Of a stretch of 64,000 bases of DNA, positions 20,474 through 33,049 are shown piece after piece. The translations under genes were made by a program, and so were the position numbers. Origin of the DNA: Andalucia godoyi And28 (Eukaryota > Protista > Jakobida); the NCBI GenBank assembly GCA_009859145.1, contig VRVR01000012.1, positions 248,001 to 312,000 of the forward strand, read 5' to 3'. Each line of letters begins with the position of its first letter. Position 1 is the first letter of the stretch. The notes below the pieces were generated by a model that was given only the letters and a program-made list of their open reading frames with translations, searched no databases and had not been told where the DNA came from.

Positions 20474-21116
20474 CCAACGTCATGGCGGGATGTGTACAGG
20501 TGCTGCATCCCACTGCGAGTTTGGTGGACCATCATTCGAAAATCCTAGATTCTGTTCTCGGAAATCATGCATGGAAAGCGAGCAGGGAAAGCCTAGTCCG
20601 CTCTGTATGCTGCATTTTACACGGATGGCACAGCGCAACTGGGATTCAAGGTGTGCAAAAATCAGAACTTTACAACGCTGTTTTTTCTCCCTCCCCTTCG
20701 GCTGGGTTTACACTCCACATGTATTCTGCGCAGAGCTTATTGTTGATGGTTGTTCCAGACTGGCGGGTGTTTGTTTCTCGAGAGATTGGCAGCACGTAAA
20801 GGAAAAGTTCTGGTTTATTATGATGATATTGTTTGTCCGCCGGCAGGTGGTGCTAGAGCAAAGTTTTTTAATGTGCAGTGTGTCCGGCAAGGATGGACCG
20901 AGACTGGAATGGCGCGCGCAATAGAGCATCGCAACGACATACGAGTTATCGTCTCACTAGCACTCGCGTATTGACCCCCTGTGCGCTCGGGCTTGTGCTA
21001 GGAACTCTGGAAGGTTGGGGGGGGGGGGGGGGGAGGGGGAGCGACAGAAACGGTGGGTGGGTGACAGCAATGATATGTACGTGTACTTAAATCGCTCAAA
21101 GACTTCCGAAAACATT

Positions 21117-22796
21117 CTATCCACTTTCCTCGGGAAGAAGCTGATTGGCAAGAGCTTCGAGCTTCTGCACAACAGAATCGCAGTAACTCCAAATCTCCTG
21201 CACGCGAGAGCGATTTCTCTTGTATTCTCGGTCCTGGACTGCCTTTACGAGTGCCTCCAGACTGCTTCGTTCTTTCTTCTGGAACGTCTCCTCTCTCGCG
21301 TTCAACTTTGACACATGGTTGTCATGGCTGGCGGTGAATGCTGTCGTGAAGACGTCCTTGTCGCTCAGGATCTGTCTCGTTACATCATCATACTCGTTGA
21401 GAACAGCATCGTCATTCTGAGCTTGTTCAAATCGGACAAAGGCCTTCTCGAACTGCTTCTCGGCAAAAATATTCTCGAGATCCTGCAGGCGCAGGAATGA
21501 ACTTTGAACAATCTCTTTCGTCTGATTCGACAAGACTTCCTGATCCTTGATATACTCCAAGTTCACGTTCTCAATTTGCTCCATCAGGATATTCTCCAAG
21601 TCAAGTAGGGACTGCTGAACTGATTTCAACTCATCCCGCATCAAATTAAGAAGATCATCCATTCTTCGCTCGGACGCTTCATCAAGCTCCCCCTCTGCCT
21701 CCATTCGTTGCTGGATGTCCAAAATTTCTCTCATTGCCCTCTTCTCAAGTTTCTCGAACTGCTTCACGATGTCTTTCCCATTGGAGTCGCTCTCCTCTTT
21801 TGCCTGCGCAACCGCAACCTCGTACTCTGTCGTGCATTCGCGCTTCTTCGTCAGCTGCGCAAGCATGTTCGTCTTGATTTCCAGAATCGCAAGAGTCATC
21901 TGCTCCTTGAAGGTGGTAAGCTGTTCTTCATACAATGGCTCGAACGCACGGATTTTCGGATACTCTGGATCCTCGGTAATTAGCGATTCGAGAAGAGATC
22001 CAAGACCAGACACATTCGCTGCGGCAAGTTCAGCATCCTCGGCAGCATTTTTGGCAGCGTCCAGCGCATCTGCATCTGCTTTCCTATCCTTCTCATCAAG
22101 TTCAAACAACAAATCCTCGTGCGCTTCCTTTGCAGCGACCTTCTCGGCAGCATCCACCAGCTTATAGTCAAGGTACTTGATGCCTGGGCAATGTGCAAGA
22201 CAGAATGACCGGTGTTCAGGGTCCTTATCAAGCGGATTACCAGCAATCGTCAACATGCGAAGCTTCTTGTATCGACGAAGATACAGAATTTCCTCAATTT
22301 TCTCAAGATTATTCTTTCCGATCGACAAACATTCCAGCTGCAGCAGCTTCTCCATCCCTTCAAGATGCGAGATCTGGTTGCCATAGAGGGTCAAATCGCA
22401 GAGATTAACTAAAGTGTGCAAATTTTCAATTTTTGCAATGTTGTTAAAAGAAAGATCAAGCCAGCGCAGGTTCACCATGTGTTGCAATCCATCGATTTTG
22501 TGAATATGGTTGTTATCGAGCTGCAGCATCGTTACCCACTTAAATGTCCCAAGATTCTTGATCTCGTGCAAATTACAAAACGAAAACGTGAACTTCTCAA
22601 TCTCTTCGGGTGGAGGTAGGCGATCCACCGGCTTTCCTTTAACGCCACCGCCGACTTGTGCACCTTGTTTTTTTCCGGCAAGAGCATTGTTCTGATCTCC
22701 ACTGTCCGCATTGATGGGGGGCGGAACGTAGACACAGCGTCTCAGCAAATCATCATTAATAACGTTGAAATCTTGCAGGACGGGAATCTTGTCCAT
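21117..22796 (-). CDS. DRC3: Dynein regulatory complex subunit 3 (LRRC48)
   Basis: LRRs LQLDNNHIHKIDGL, LRWLDLSFNNIAKIENL, LYLRRYKKLRMLTIAGNP, followed by a long coiled coil. Confidence 0.85.
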   Translation of the reverse strand: MDKIPVLQDFNVINDDLLRRCVYVPPPINADSGDQNNALAGKKQGAQVGGGVKGKPVDRLPPPEEIEKFTFSFCNLHEIKNLGTFKWVTMLQLDNNHIHKIDGLQHMVNLRWLDLSFNNIAKIENLHTLVNLCDLTLYGNQISHLEGMEKLLQLECLSIGKNNLEKIEEILYLRRYKKLRMLTIAGNPLDKDPEHRSFCLAHCPGIKYLDYKLVDAAEKVAAKEAHEDLLFELDEKDRKADADALDAAKNAAEDAELAAANVSGLGSLLESLITEDPEYPKIRAFEPLYEEQLTTFKEQMTLAILEIKTNMLAQLTKKRECTTEYEVAVAQAKEESDSNGKDIVKQFEKLEKRAMREILDIQQRMEAEGELDEASERRMDDLLNLMRDELKSVQQSLLDLENILMEQIENVNLEYIKDQEVLSNQTKEIVQSSFLRLQDLENIFAEKQFEKAFVRFEQAQNDDAVLNEYDDVTRQILSDKDVFTTAFTASHDNHVSKLNAREETFQKKERSSLEALVKAVQDREYKRNRSRVQEIWSYCDSVVQKLEALANQLLPEESG

Positions 22797-22982
22797 GGTT
22801 TCTGTATGGTCGATTTTCTTTTCCGCGAGGACAGATCAAGGAGAATGAAAATCTTTTTTTATCTTTTTTTGTTGTGACAATGACGATTTCTTCAAAAGGA
22901 AGGAAGTAATATCAGTGTGGGAGAGAAGGAGAGGGAAAAAACGGTTGACTGCTTTGTCTGTCAACGTTGAACACCAAGCAAT

Positions 22983-23290
22983 ACGATTTTCTTACCGTAG
23001 TCAAGTCCAGAATTTCTTCATTCTTCGTCATTTTCTTTCTTTCATTCTATTATTTCCTGCTTGTTTGTGTTTTATAATCGAACCCTCAGGCAGCACCTTT
23101 CGTCAAAGACAAAGACAAAGCATCACATGGCTCCAAAGAGGGATCTTCCCGACAAACTCACACCGGCCATGCCGGAAGATAGCAAGAACCAAGAAACCCG
23201 TTGATTCCTTGTCGGCGGAGGCGGGGAGCAAGAAGAAGCGATGACCCTCTGATGCAGAGCACTCTTCATTGAAGAGGTGGTGCTCGCCCC
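22983..23290 (-). repeat. Dispersed repeat family 2, copy A (~300 nt), ending in a donor-like ACTACG|GTAAG
   Basis: Collinear with 48730-49000 (+): gggcgagcacc..., gagtgctctgc.tcagagggtcatcg.ttcttcttgctc, gggaagatccctctttggagccatg, gaaattctggacttgactacggta.gaaaatcgt. Confidence 0.85.
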
Positions 23291-23559
23291 AAATTGGATC
23301 TGTCTTCGGTGACCGCTTCGCCGATGATCCATAGTGATTCATGTTTTGGCGAGCGGTGTCTGCATATGTCCAAAAGATGAGCGATCGCGCGAAATAAAAG
23401 GATGGTAGTGGCAGTTCAGGATTTTTCATTTAAAAGTGAGCAACACCTACGATATCAGAAGAACGGGTTTTATTTATTATCTGTTTTTTTTCTTTTTAAA
23501 AAAATTCAAATACTTTGGTTCCAAGTTTGGAGCAAGGAAAAAACATCACGACACTGTTG

Positions 23560-25340
<1,781 letters not shown>

Positions 25341-25750
25341 TTCTTTGACAGCCGCAGCAGTATTCAACATGCACCCTTTGAAAATATATAATCTGCGGAA
25401 AAAACAATATCAATATCGAGGGAAAGTGTGAAGACCTATGGAAGTGGAGGAAAGAAACCCAATAAACAAGTGTTCGAGAGCACGAAAAGCAGAAAAGCAG
25501 AACCCGCAACACTGCATACCGAAACAGGCCCAATGTTGCAAAATCGGGAAAGGCCGGTCGGGGCGGGTACCGTCTACGACCAGAGAATGCAGCAAAAACG
25601 GTGGGACACTTCGTGGCTGACCTCGAACTGGTGACGGGGGGAGAACGGGGAAGGATAATCGACGAAACAGACGAACGAAGTTTTAATGAACAGATTGAAA
25701 ATCCTCTTAATTGAGAAGCTACTAATAAAGCTGCAGGCTGCGTTCCGTAA

Positions 25751-26587
25751 CTAGCAGTACATGGAACGAGTATTGATGGTTGCCGAGAACGTCTGCAGCG
25801 CTCCAGGCGCACCCGCCGCAACTGAACTAGTTGGAGTCGGCATGACATTGGTATTTGTATACAGAGACTCCGCGGTCACACTCTGGCCTGCCGTCCCTGA
25901 ATTGCTGTTGTACGGTGAATGGGGAAGCACGAGGCGAGCGGAGCCGTACAGTAAACCATTTGCATTGTTGATTGCGTCCATGAAAATGCTCGAGTGCGGA
26001 CCACTGAGCATAGTCGTGTGCGCAGACGCCTGGGAATGTAGCTGTGATGATCCAGATGTGGGAGCCGTGAAAGCATACTTTTCCATCAACTTGGATTTTT
26101 GAGAGTCTGAAATGGGTGAATGCGAATGCTTGCACCGTGCCCCATCTGGACAAGATCCTCGAAGATGAAAGTGAGGACAGGGAAAGAAATGCAGTTGATG
26201 GGAATACGTGCAATTGTCTCCCTTGTGACAATTCCCGGAAAAGAAGAACTTGCAGGGCTCTCGCGGAACAAATCCTCTACGTTTCGCGGGTGGATCCGCA
26301 ATGGATGATGATGATACTGACGACGGCGACGGTGTTGGTGATGGCAAAGGCACGGCGACTGCATTGGGATGTGTATTTGAAAATGAAGGTAGTAGTCCTG
26401 AGGAAGACGAGCTTGCCACGGGCGTTGGTCGGTGTTTGTACAGCCCGACAGCCTGCTCTTCTCTCTCGAGTTCTGCACGTGCTCGCTTTGGGTTTCTCGT
26501 CGCCGGAAGTTGCTTTCGCAATGCTGCAATGATGTCATCGCTCCTTGCAGTTGTGCGCCGATACAGCAAAGGGAACGATACAGGCAT
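25751..26587 (-). CDS. Tandem CCCH zinc-finger RNA-binding protein
   Basis: CKFFFSGNCHKGDNCTYSH and CPHFHLRGSCPDGARCKHSH. Confidence 0.85.
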   Translation of the reverse strand: MPVSFPLLYRRTTARSDDIIAALRKQLPATRNPKRARAELEREEQAVGLYKHRPTPVASSSSSGLLPSFSNTHPNAVAVPLPSPTPSPSSVSSSSIADPPAKRRGFVPREPCKFFFSGNCHKGDNCTYSHQLHFFPCPHFHLRGSCPDGARCKHSHSPISDSQKSKLMEKYAFTAPTSGSSQLHSQASAHTTMLSGPHSSIFMDAINNANGLLYGSARLVLPHSPYNSNSGTAGQSVTAESLYTNTNVMPTPTSSVAAGAPGALQTFSATINTRSMYC

Positions 26588-26826
26588 ACTGCGTTGTTTT
26601 TGTTTGTTCTTATGACGTAAATCTGTCTTCTGTCTCTGGACTTCGGTGTTCGCTATTCGGAAGTTCCGAGATTTTGCAATTTTACGGAAAAAGACAGAAA
26701 GGGCCTCGGAAAGATCAGAGTGGTTCTACAACAGATATTCAAAGGGCCAAGCAGGCAGGTACAGGACGAGTGAACAACAGCTGGCGATGGTGGACGGAGA
26801 CAGCATGATGATAACAGTCATGGTTT

Positions 26827-27441
26827 TTACTTTCGGAATGCCCGCATTTGCTGGAACATTAAATAGCCCGCGACACCAAACACAGACAGTGCGGCGATCA
26901 AATGCGACACAACTTCAGGCCAGGTAGTACCGTCATCGGCTGGTGCCAAAGCACCGCAGACTGCAGACGATTCGTCCGGCGCTCCTTCTTCCTTTTCAAT
27001 GATTGCCATGGACTTGTGAGAAGGAGCGAGATTGCAAGTGAAGGCATCACTTTGAATGCGAGCAACCACCGCGTTACCTGGGTGGAGTCGCACGGAAACA
27101 TCAAAGTGAAACAGTGCACCTTCTCTGTCCACCGAAGACTCTGTGATATTGAACGGGCCAATGTCAAACATTGTTTTGCGATCTTGCACAAGAGCGTGGC
27201 CAGTGTGATGTCCACGAACGGGTACGTCATGCCCTTGCTCATCGCGACAGTGGACTTCCATAAACACGTGACTGCCTTCCGCATGCGCAGGAAGATCGTT
27301 GATGATCGATCTCACCGTGACCGCACGAGTTGTGTGCTGCGGATTGCGGACTTCAAGATTATACAACCGACTGCGACCGCTGCGATACGTAATGACAAAT
27401 GAAGAACTCTGAAACCGAGGGTCAAGAATCTCAATCGCCAT
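26827..27441 (-). CDS. Beta-sandwich (p53/NDT80/CudA-like fold, inferred) protein with C-terminal TM helix
   Basis: FVITYRSGR...FDIGPFNITESS...FHFDVSV...IQSDAF parallels the C-terminal domain of the 40300 protein; C-terminal hydrophobic LIAALSVFGVAGYLMF followed by basic residues. Confidence 0.5.
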   Translation of the reverse strand: MAIEILDPRFQSSSFVITYRSGRSRLYNLEVRNPQHTTRAVTVRSIINDLPAHAEGSHVFMEVHCRDEQGHDVPVRGHHTGHALVQDRKTMFDIGPFNITESSVDREGALFHFDVSVRLHPGNAVVARIQSDAFTCNLAPSHKSMAIIEKEEGAPDESSAVCGALAPADDGTTWPEVVSHLIAALSVFGVAGYLMFQQMRAFRK

Positions 27442-27640
27442 TTTCTACAATCCAACACAGCTATTTTAGCAGATTTAAGCAAATCTATCTCTCGCTCACC
27501 TCCACACACGCACTCACGCACGGACACACACGGACACACGGACACACGTTACCCTCTCACTCTCTGTCACACGAACGAACGAACAAACGACACCACACAC
27601 ACCAGATTCTGCGCAGGCTTTCAAAAATAGTTTAAAAAAA

Positions 27641-27905
27641 TACAACACCGAAGGTCTCTTCCAGACACACATCGGGCAATCGAGAAAATCAATTCCCCGA
27701 CAGGAGTCGGGGTCCTTGCTGGTTTTACAGCAGGCTGTGAAGGCCGAAGATCTGCGCCTACATTGTACACTAACCCACGGATAAAACATCGCTGATCACC
27801 CATAATCAATGCTGCAACCCAGCATGCACAGCATGATTGGGAAGGGGTAGGTCCCAACACGCCCCTCGGCATGAGCGAGGTTCCCAAGATAGATGCTGCG
27901 TTGCA
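27641..27905 (-). ncRNA. Candidate structured non-coding RNA of unknown family
   Basis: Terminal helix UGCAACGC/GUGUUGUA (G-U pairs only on the minus strand), several internal hairpins, followed directly by a T7 run. Confidence 0.3.
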
Positions 27906-29272
27906 TGGACAATAAAAATAAGAATAAAAATAATGAAATGAGCGTCGCTGTGCGAGAATGCAACGCGACTGCGTATTTATATAGGGATTTCATGATCAAA
28001 ATGGGGCGAAACGAATCGGGCATCGTGTGACGGAGCTGTCAAGATAGCAAACGCATGAGCACGGCGCGTGGTAGTGTTTTGTTTGCGTGCGCTTCAGATT
28101 CCTTCATCATATCGCAATAAGTGGCAACGGTTGTGCCGATTGTACAGATGCAAAGTGGGGAACACGCCGTCACCTTGCGACACCCAGCTGTGCAATACAG
28201 TACACGCAAGCAGAAAATAGCAAAATAACGATCAAGTGCATGCTAAGAAAGCAGGCACGCAATGCAGCAGCGGCCATGCACAAAAGCCATTCAAACAGAA
28301 GAAGACTGTTGCGTTTGTGGAAAATCAAAGTTCGCTGAAGACCTTACTCCATAGAAAGCAACGAACTGGCGAAGAAAAAATCAAAAAGGAAAGTACAGGA
28401 TATGCTTTTGCGAGGGTCGCTGTTTATTCTCTCATTCTGCCTTGTTGCGAGTTGCCCGGTCTCCAGCTCCGCCATCGTCTTCTTGAACGGCAAGACACTC
28501 GTTCTTGCGCAGCTGGTCTTGCATGGTGAAAAATATGCCGTGTGTATTGTCTTCGTTCGGTACGTGCACGCCGTGAGTCTTGTCCGAGTATTTTGCGTCC
28601 TTTGGGCTTCGGTGAATCGGCGCTTGCTGTCCTGTCTTGTCTGTATTCATGGTCTTGTGGGTTTGTGAATAGCGAAAAGAAAACGTCGTGTGTACTTTGT
28701 GGTGATACTAAACATTAATTTAAAAAAGAGAAGGGGCGGAAAAGAAAAAGAAGAATTAAAGATGCTCTTTTAAAAAAACGGTATCGCACATGCTTCAACT
28801 TCAGTGGAAGTGCAAAAGAGGTGCGACCAGAATACCTTCCATTTTCTGTTTCTATGCGTCAGATGGAATATGGTGCCAGCGTAACAAGGTAGGAAGCACA
28901 CCATCTCGTTGATTACCAACGTTCATTTCCATTCATCATACCAAGAAAGAACTTGGAAGGATCAAGGAAAAGAAAAAAGGAGGAATGTAAAACAAAAAAA
29001 TTAGAAAAAGAAAAACAAGGAGAAACAGACAAGATGGAAGACTTCAGAATGCAAAGAGCGAAGGTGGACGAGCGGAGGAGCAAATTCCTTGGCGTGTTTT
29101 CGCTAGCATCAATCAAGCGAATCTCCAAGGAAAACTGGAATGACATGTCAGCGTGTCAGCGGGGCAGGTTGGCTATCTTCTCGAGAGGGAGAAAAGGCAA
29201 TAGAAACTGGCGCAGGGGGACAGTTCGTTTCTGAATTGATCTGTTATTCTATTAGTTTCGGCAGTGGACACC

Positions 29273-30520
29273 ATGTTCCGTCGATTTTTGAGTTCTGCTG
29301 TGCACTCTGGATCTCCGCGCACATTGGGAGAGGTTTCCAATTTTCCCGGCGCAAAGGCACCTTTTACACACGATCTCTCGTTTTTGAAGGGAAATGATCC
29401 GCTGCCTGTTTTCCGAATTCTGAGTGCAAATGGTGAAGTGCTAAACCCAGCTTACGATCCCAAGCTAACCGATGAGCATGCAGTTAAGCTGATGGAAGGC
29501 ATGGTTCGCTTGAATACGCTGGACATGATTCTGTACAATGCGCAACGACAAGGCCGAATTTCGTTCTACATGACCAATACGGGAGAAGAAGCTGTCCAGT
29601 TTGGATCCTCCACTGTGCTGCATCCAGAAGATGAGATATTTGCGCAATATCGCGAGGCTGGAGTCCTGTTGGAGAGAGGCTTCTCTTTGCAAGAATTGAT
29701 GGCACAGTGCTTTGGATCGTACAAGGACAATGGAAAAGGCCGCCAGATGCCGGTCCACTATGGATCAAAGAAACTTCACTTCCAGACCATCTCGTCTCCT
29801 CTTGGAACCCAGATTCCACAAGCGGCAGGGGCTGGGTATGCCATGAAGTTGCTTGGCAAACCGAACGTCGTCATGTGCTACTTTGGAGACGGCGCCGCTT
29901 CTGAAGGTGATTTCCATGCGGCTCTGAATTTTGCTGCAACGCTTGAATGCCCCACTGTGTTTTTCTGCAGAAACAATGGATATGCTATCTCTACCCCAAC
30001 ATCCGATCAGTATCGAGGCGACGGAATTGTGGCCAGAGGACTGGGATATGGAATTCATTCTGTTCGGGTTGATGGAAATGACTTGCTTGCTGTCATCGCG
30101 TGCACGAAAGCTGCACGTGAACTTGCAGTTGAAAAGAAAGCCCCTGTGTTGATCGAAGCGATGACGTACCGTGGAGGCCACCACTCCACGTCGGATGATT
30201 CCACACGCTATCGTTCGGAAGCCGAATTGAACTACTGGAACCGGGAGCAGAATCCGATTGCACGTTTCCGACACTATCTTTTCGGCCGCAAGCTGTGGAC
30301 GGAAGATCGCGAGAAGGAGTTGCAGTTGCAGGTTCGAAAGCAGGTTCTGGCCGAGCTGGACGCTGCAGAAAAAGATCCAAAGCCTGCCATTGAACAACTG
30401 TTTGAAGATGTCTACGAAAGCATGCCGTGGCATCTTCAAGAGCAGAAGCAGGAGATGTTAGCGCATGTTCGCAAGTATGCGAAAGATTACAAACTAGAGG
30501 AATTTGCAAAGAATGTTTAG
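29273..30520 (+). CDS. BCKDHA: Branched-chain 2-oxoacid dehydrogenase E1 alpha, mitochondrial
   Basis: QRQGRISFYMT, GRQMPVHYGS, TPP-binding YFGDGAASEGDFHAALNFA...CRNNGYAISTP, HHSTSDDS; presequence-like MFRRFLSS. Confidence 0.95.
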   Translation: MFRRFLSSAVHSGSPRTLGEVSNFPGAKAPFTHDLSFLKGNDPLPVFRILSANGEVLNPAYDPKLTDEHAVKLMEGMVRLNTLDMILYNAQRQGRISFYMTNTGEEAVQFGSSTVLHPEDEIFAQYREAGVLLERGFSLQELMAQCFGSYKDNGKGRQMPVHYGSKKLHFQTISSPLGTQIPQAAGAGYAMKLLGKPNVVMCYFGDGAASEGDFHAALNFAATLECPTVFFCRNNGYAISTPTSDQYRGDGIVARGLGYGIHSVRVDGNDLLAVIACTKAARELAVEKKAPVLIEAMTYRGGHHSTSDDSTRYRSEAELNYWNREQNPIARFRHYLFGRKLWTEDREKELQLQVRKQVLAELDAAEKDPKPAIEQLFEDVYESMPWHLQEQKQEMLAHVRKYAKDYKLEEFAKNV

Positions 30521-30640
30521 GTTCTCTTGTAGGCTTGTTACTGCGCGCCTCCGGAACACTCCCCATTTACACATGTGAGAATATCGGTAATTAATGTTGT
30601 TGTTTGTTTTTTTAAAAATTAACAAGTACAGTTTCATATG

Positions 30641-33049
30641 TTACATTAGAGAGCAGCACCCCTTCTTGGCAGGAGGCTCAACAGGATCTGTCTGTATATT
30701 AGCATCCGACATCGGCGGTGACAACGTCCGTGAAGAGCAAGATTTTGCTGCGTACAACTTCAAGACTTCTTCTGCGGACATGGGGTTCGAAGACCATACA
30801 GATTGCGCATGCACTGCGTGAACTTCGTGCCGACTGACAATCACACGTTCAGATACGACATCCAACACGTCAATCCACAATGGACCGTCAATCAAGAACT
30901 TTTTTTCGGCGGGAAACTCCACCGCGACAACCTGTTCCAATACTTTCCCCGCCAACATGAAAATCGGATCCGAAGATGACGGATGTGTGAAGAGGAAAAT
31001 CCTCGCAGAAGTCGGTGAAGAATAAGGAGTCGACGGAACTGCCCATATCACAATAAATGCGCTGCTTCCGAAGGGACTGTCGGAATCAGGAGAAAGCGAC
31101 GACACAGGAACGTCACGGACGGCAGGTGAAGAACCCGTCCGCGAAAACCCATCTTGCCCATTCAGAACAAACAACGAAGATTGGTGATGCCGAGAAGGAC
31201 GGATCAGCCCTCGGTTCTTGGAGTAGAATTCCTTGCGCCACTGATGCAACTTAAATGTTGGGCAGGAAGACGTCGGTGCAGCCGAATGTGGCATACCACG
31301 AGTAGATGCTTCTGGAGAATGCGCAGAAGCGATTGGTACGGGTTGCTCGTTGGAAATACGAGATTTGCTCGAGGGTGACTGACCAATGTTGGCGGGGACA
31401 GGAAACATTGGAACAACCGATGGTTGAGCAGCTGGGGAGTGCGATCTCGCACGTTCTCGTGCGGAAACTTCTCCGCTCTCCGATCTGTGCGAATAGTACC
31501 CGAGGTCCTGACGATGATCCGTTGGGCTGGCAGCAGCAGAAACAGACTGCGTGTTACGATAAGGATTAAAAAGTTGCGGTTGATAATCAATGTCATCAAA
31601 GACTGGGCTCTTCGCCCTCTGAGAATCCAAAGGATTCGGGCCACCTGGCGTCGCCGAAGAAGGCGATTTCTCCCTTGGCAGCAGCAAATTTGGGGGAGAA
31701 GTCCGCTTTTTGGCACGGCTGATGGTCGCAGACGATAACTTTCTCGGTCGGGCAGATTCCACAACTTCTACAGGGCTCGGCTGAGAGGAATCCAACAGTA
31801 TTATGTTCGGAAGCGGCGGAAGAGGCGGAAGAGAACTGTTATCATCATCGGCATCTCCCGTTGGCGTCCGAACTAGTCGACTTCTTGAAGAAAATATGAC
31901 CGCTTCGCCGTCTGTGCGAAACTTTAGAGACTGTCTTCTCGGAGTTGACACCGAGCCAGGTTGGGAACGGTCCGACAGAGGAGAGTGCGATTCCATCGTA
32001 CTCAGGCTAGCCAAGTTTGCAAGTCTTGGAATCACAGGACGAGAAATCTGTGAAGCACTGGAATCACTGATTCCGCTTGGACTTGCTACCAAAGACTGAT
32101 TCGTGGGAAGCGACGGACGTTCTGTGTCGGTGCTGGCAGTCGTCGAGTCAGATGCAGAACCCAACGGAGCAAACGAAGCAGGAGATGATGACACCTCCGT
32201 CTCCTTTCTCCAAATGGGCTGCAAAAACAAAGCTTCAATGAGAGCTTCGTCTTCATCTTCGTCAAACGAATCGTCATAAGATTCGTCCGATACGCAAGAC
32301 GACGAATCGACCGTCGAATTTAGGTCCAGCACCGCGGTAGAGCGTCTCGATTCGGATGACGGCGGAACATCTTGCCCTCGGATCACTGCAGAAGAGGGTG
32401 GAGAAAGTGAAAGTGACGGATATTGTGATGATGCGGGCGACATGCGGCACTCCAAGGGAGCAACCTCAATGACATGCACCTGCGTTTTGTCCGGAAGGGA
32501 GTCGGCATCATTAGATGGTGACATGGGTCTCAAAAGGCACTCATTCTCCGGTACCAGAAGTTCGTCTATGAACAATTCGTCCTGTAGATCCCTGGGCAAC
32601 AGTTCAGAACGCGATGGTAATTCGGAGACGTCGTCCGGACGATCAGGGTCCAGTATCACGCAATCTGTGCGGACCGACGAGCCCTCCACAGTTGAGCTGT
32701 CCACAGCGGAATCAAGACTACATCCTTTGATGTCCTCGTCACTAATTGGATCGAAAGGCGATTGGATATCGAGCAGCAGTCGATCGTCCGGAACTGCGGC
32801 AGGAGCTTCTGCATCGGAATCCGCGAAGAGCATCTTTGGAAAAATATCTACAAACTTCATATCGTTGATGATCGCCTGCTGGTCTGAAAAGCGCTCAATC
32901 CTGTTTCCACCAGGAGTGACATAAATTAATCCTTCTTCTAGCTCGGTAAAAGACCGGAATCTGCGTTGCGAGCCAGCCAAATCTCTCAGCAAAACTCCAG
33001 TTTCCGGGAACCGTCCAGCAAGTAAGACTTCGTCATCCTCAGCGTCCAT
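30641..33049 (-). CDS. Hypothetical Ser/Pro-rich protein with C-terminal CaaX motif
   Basis: Open ~800-codon ORF; globular-looking N- and C-terminal segments; ends KKGCCSLM. Confidence 0.65.
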   Translation of the reverse strand: MDAEDDEVLLAGRFPETGVLLRDLAGSQRRFRSFTELEEGLIYVTPGGNRIERFSDQQAIINDMKFVDIFPKMLFADSDAEAPAAVPDDRLLLDIQSPFDPISDEDIKGCSLDSAVDSSTVEGSSVRTDCVILDPDRPDDVSELPSRSELLPRDLQDELFIDELLVPENECLLRPMSPSNDADSLPDKTQVHVIEVAPLECRMSPASSQYPSLSLSPPSSAVIRGQDVPPSSESRRSTAVLDLNSTVDSSSCVSDESYDDSFDEDEDEALIEALFLQPIWRKETEVSSSPASFAPLGSASDSTTASTDTERPSLPTNQSLVASPSGISDSSASQISRPVIPRLANLASLSTMESHSPLSDRSQPGSVSTPRRQSLKFRTDGEAVIFSSRSRLVRTPTGDADDDNSSLPPLPPLPNIILLDSSQPSPVEVVESARPRKLSSATISRAKKRTSPPNLLLPREKSPSSATPGGPNPLDSQRAKSPVFDDIDYQPQLFNPYRNTQSVSAAASPTDHRQDLGYYSHRSESGEVSARERARSHSPAAQPSVVPMFPVPANIGQSPSSKSRISNEQPVPIASAHSPEASTRGMPHSAAPTSSCPTFKLHQWRKEFYSKNRGLIRPSRHHQSSLFVLNGQDGFSRTGSSPAVRDVPVSSLSPDSDSPFGSSAFIVIWAVPSTPYSSPTSARIFLFTHPSSSDPIFMLAGKVLEQVVAVEFPAEKKFLIDGPLWIDVLDVVSERVIVSRHEVHAVHAQSVWSSNPMSAEEVLKLYAAKSCSSRTLSPPMSDANIQTDPVEPPAKKGCCSLM

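Noticed and set aside
21016-21040. Poly-G run as a functional G-quadruplex
   Set aside because: A simple homopolymer in convergent 3' spacer DNA, with length prone to sequencing error.
23103-23429. 108-aa ORF with C2-domain-like PIWGEHHLF...FVGKIPL
   Set aside because: Mostly inside repeat family 2, and frameshifted/deleted in copy B; the resemblance is too weak to call a gene.
27768-27778. CTAACCC as a telomerase template
   Set aside because: Only 7 nt, and on the strand opposite to the one favoured by G-U pairing.
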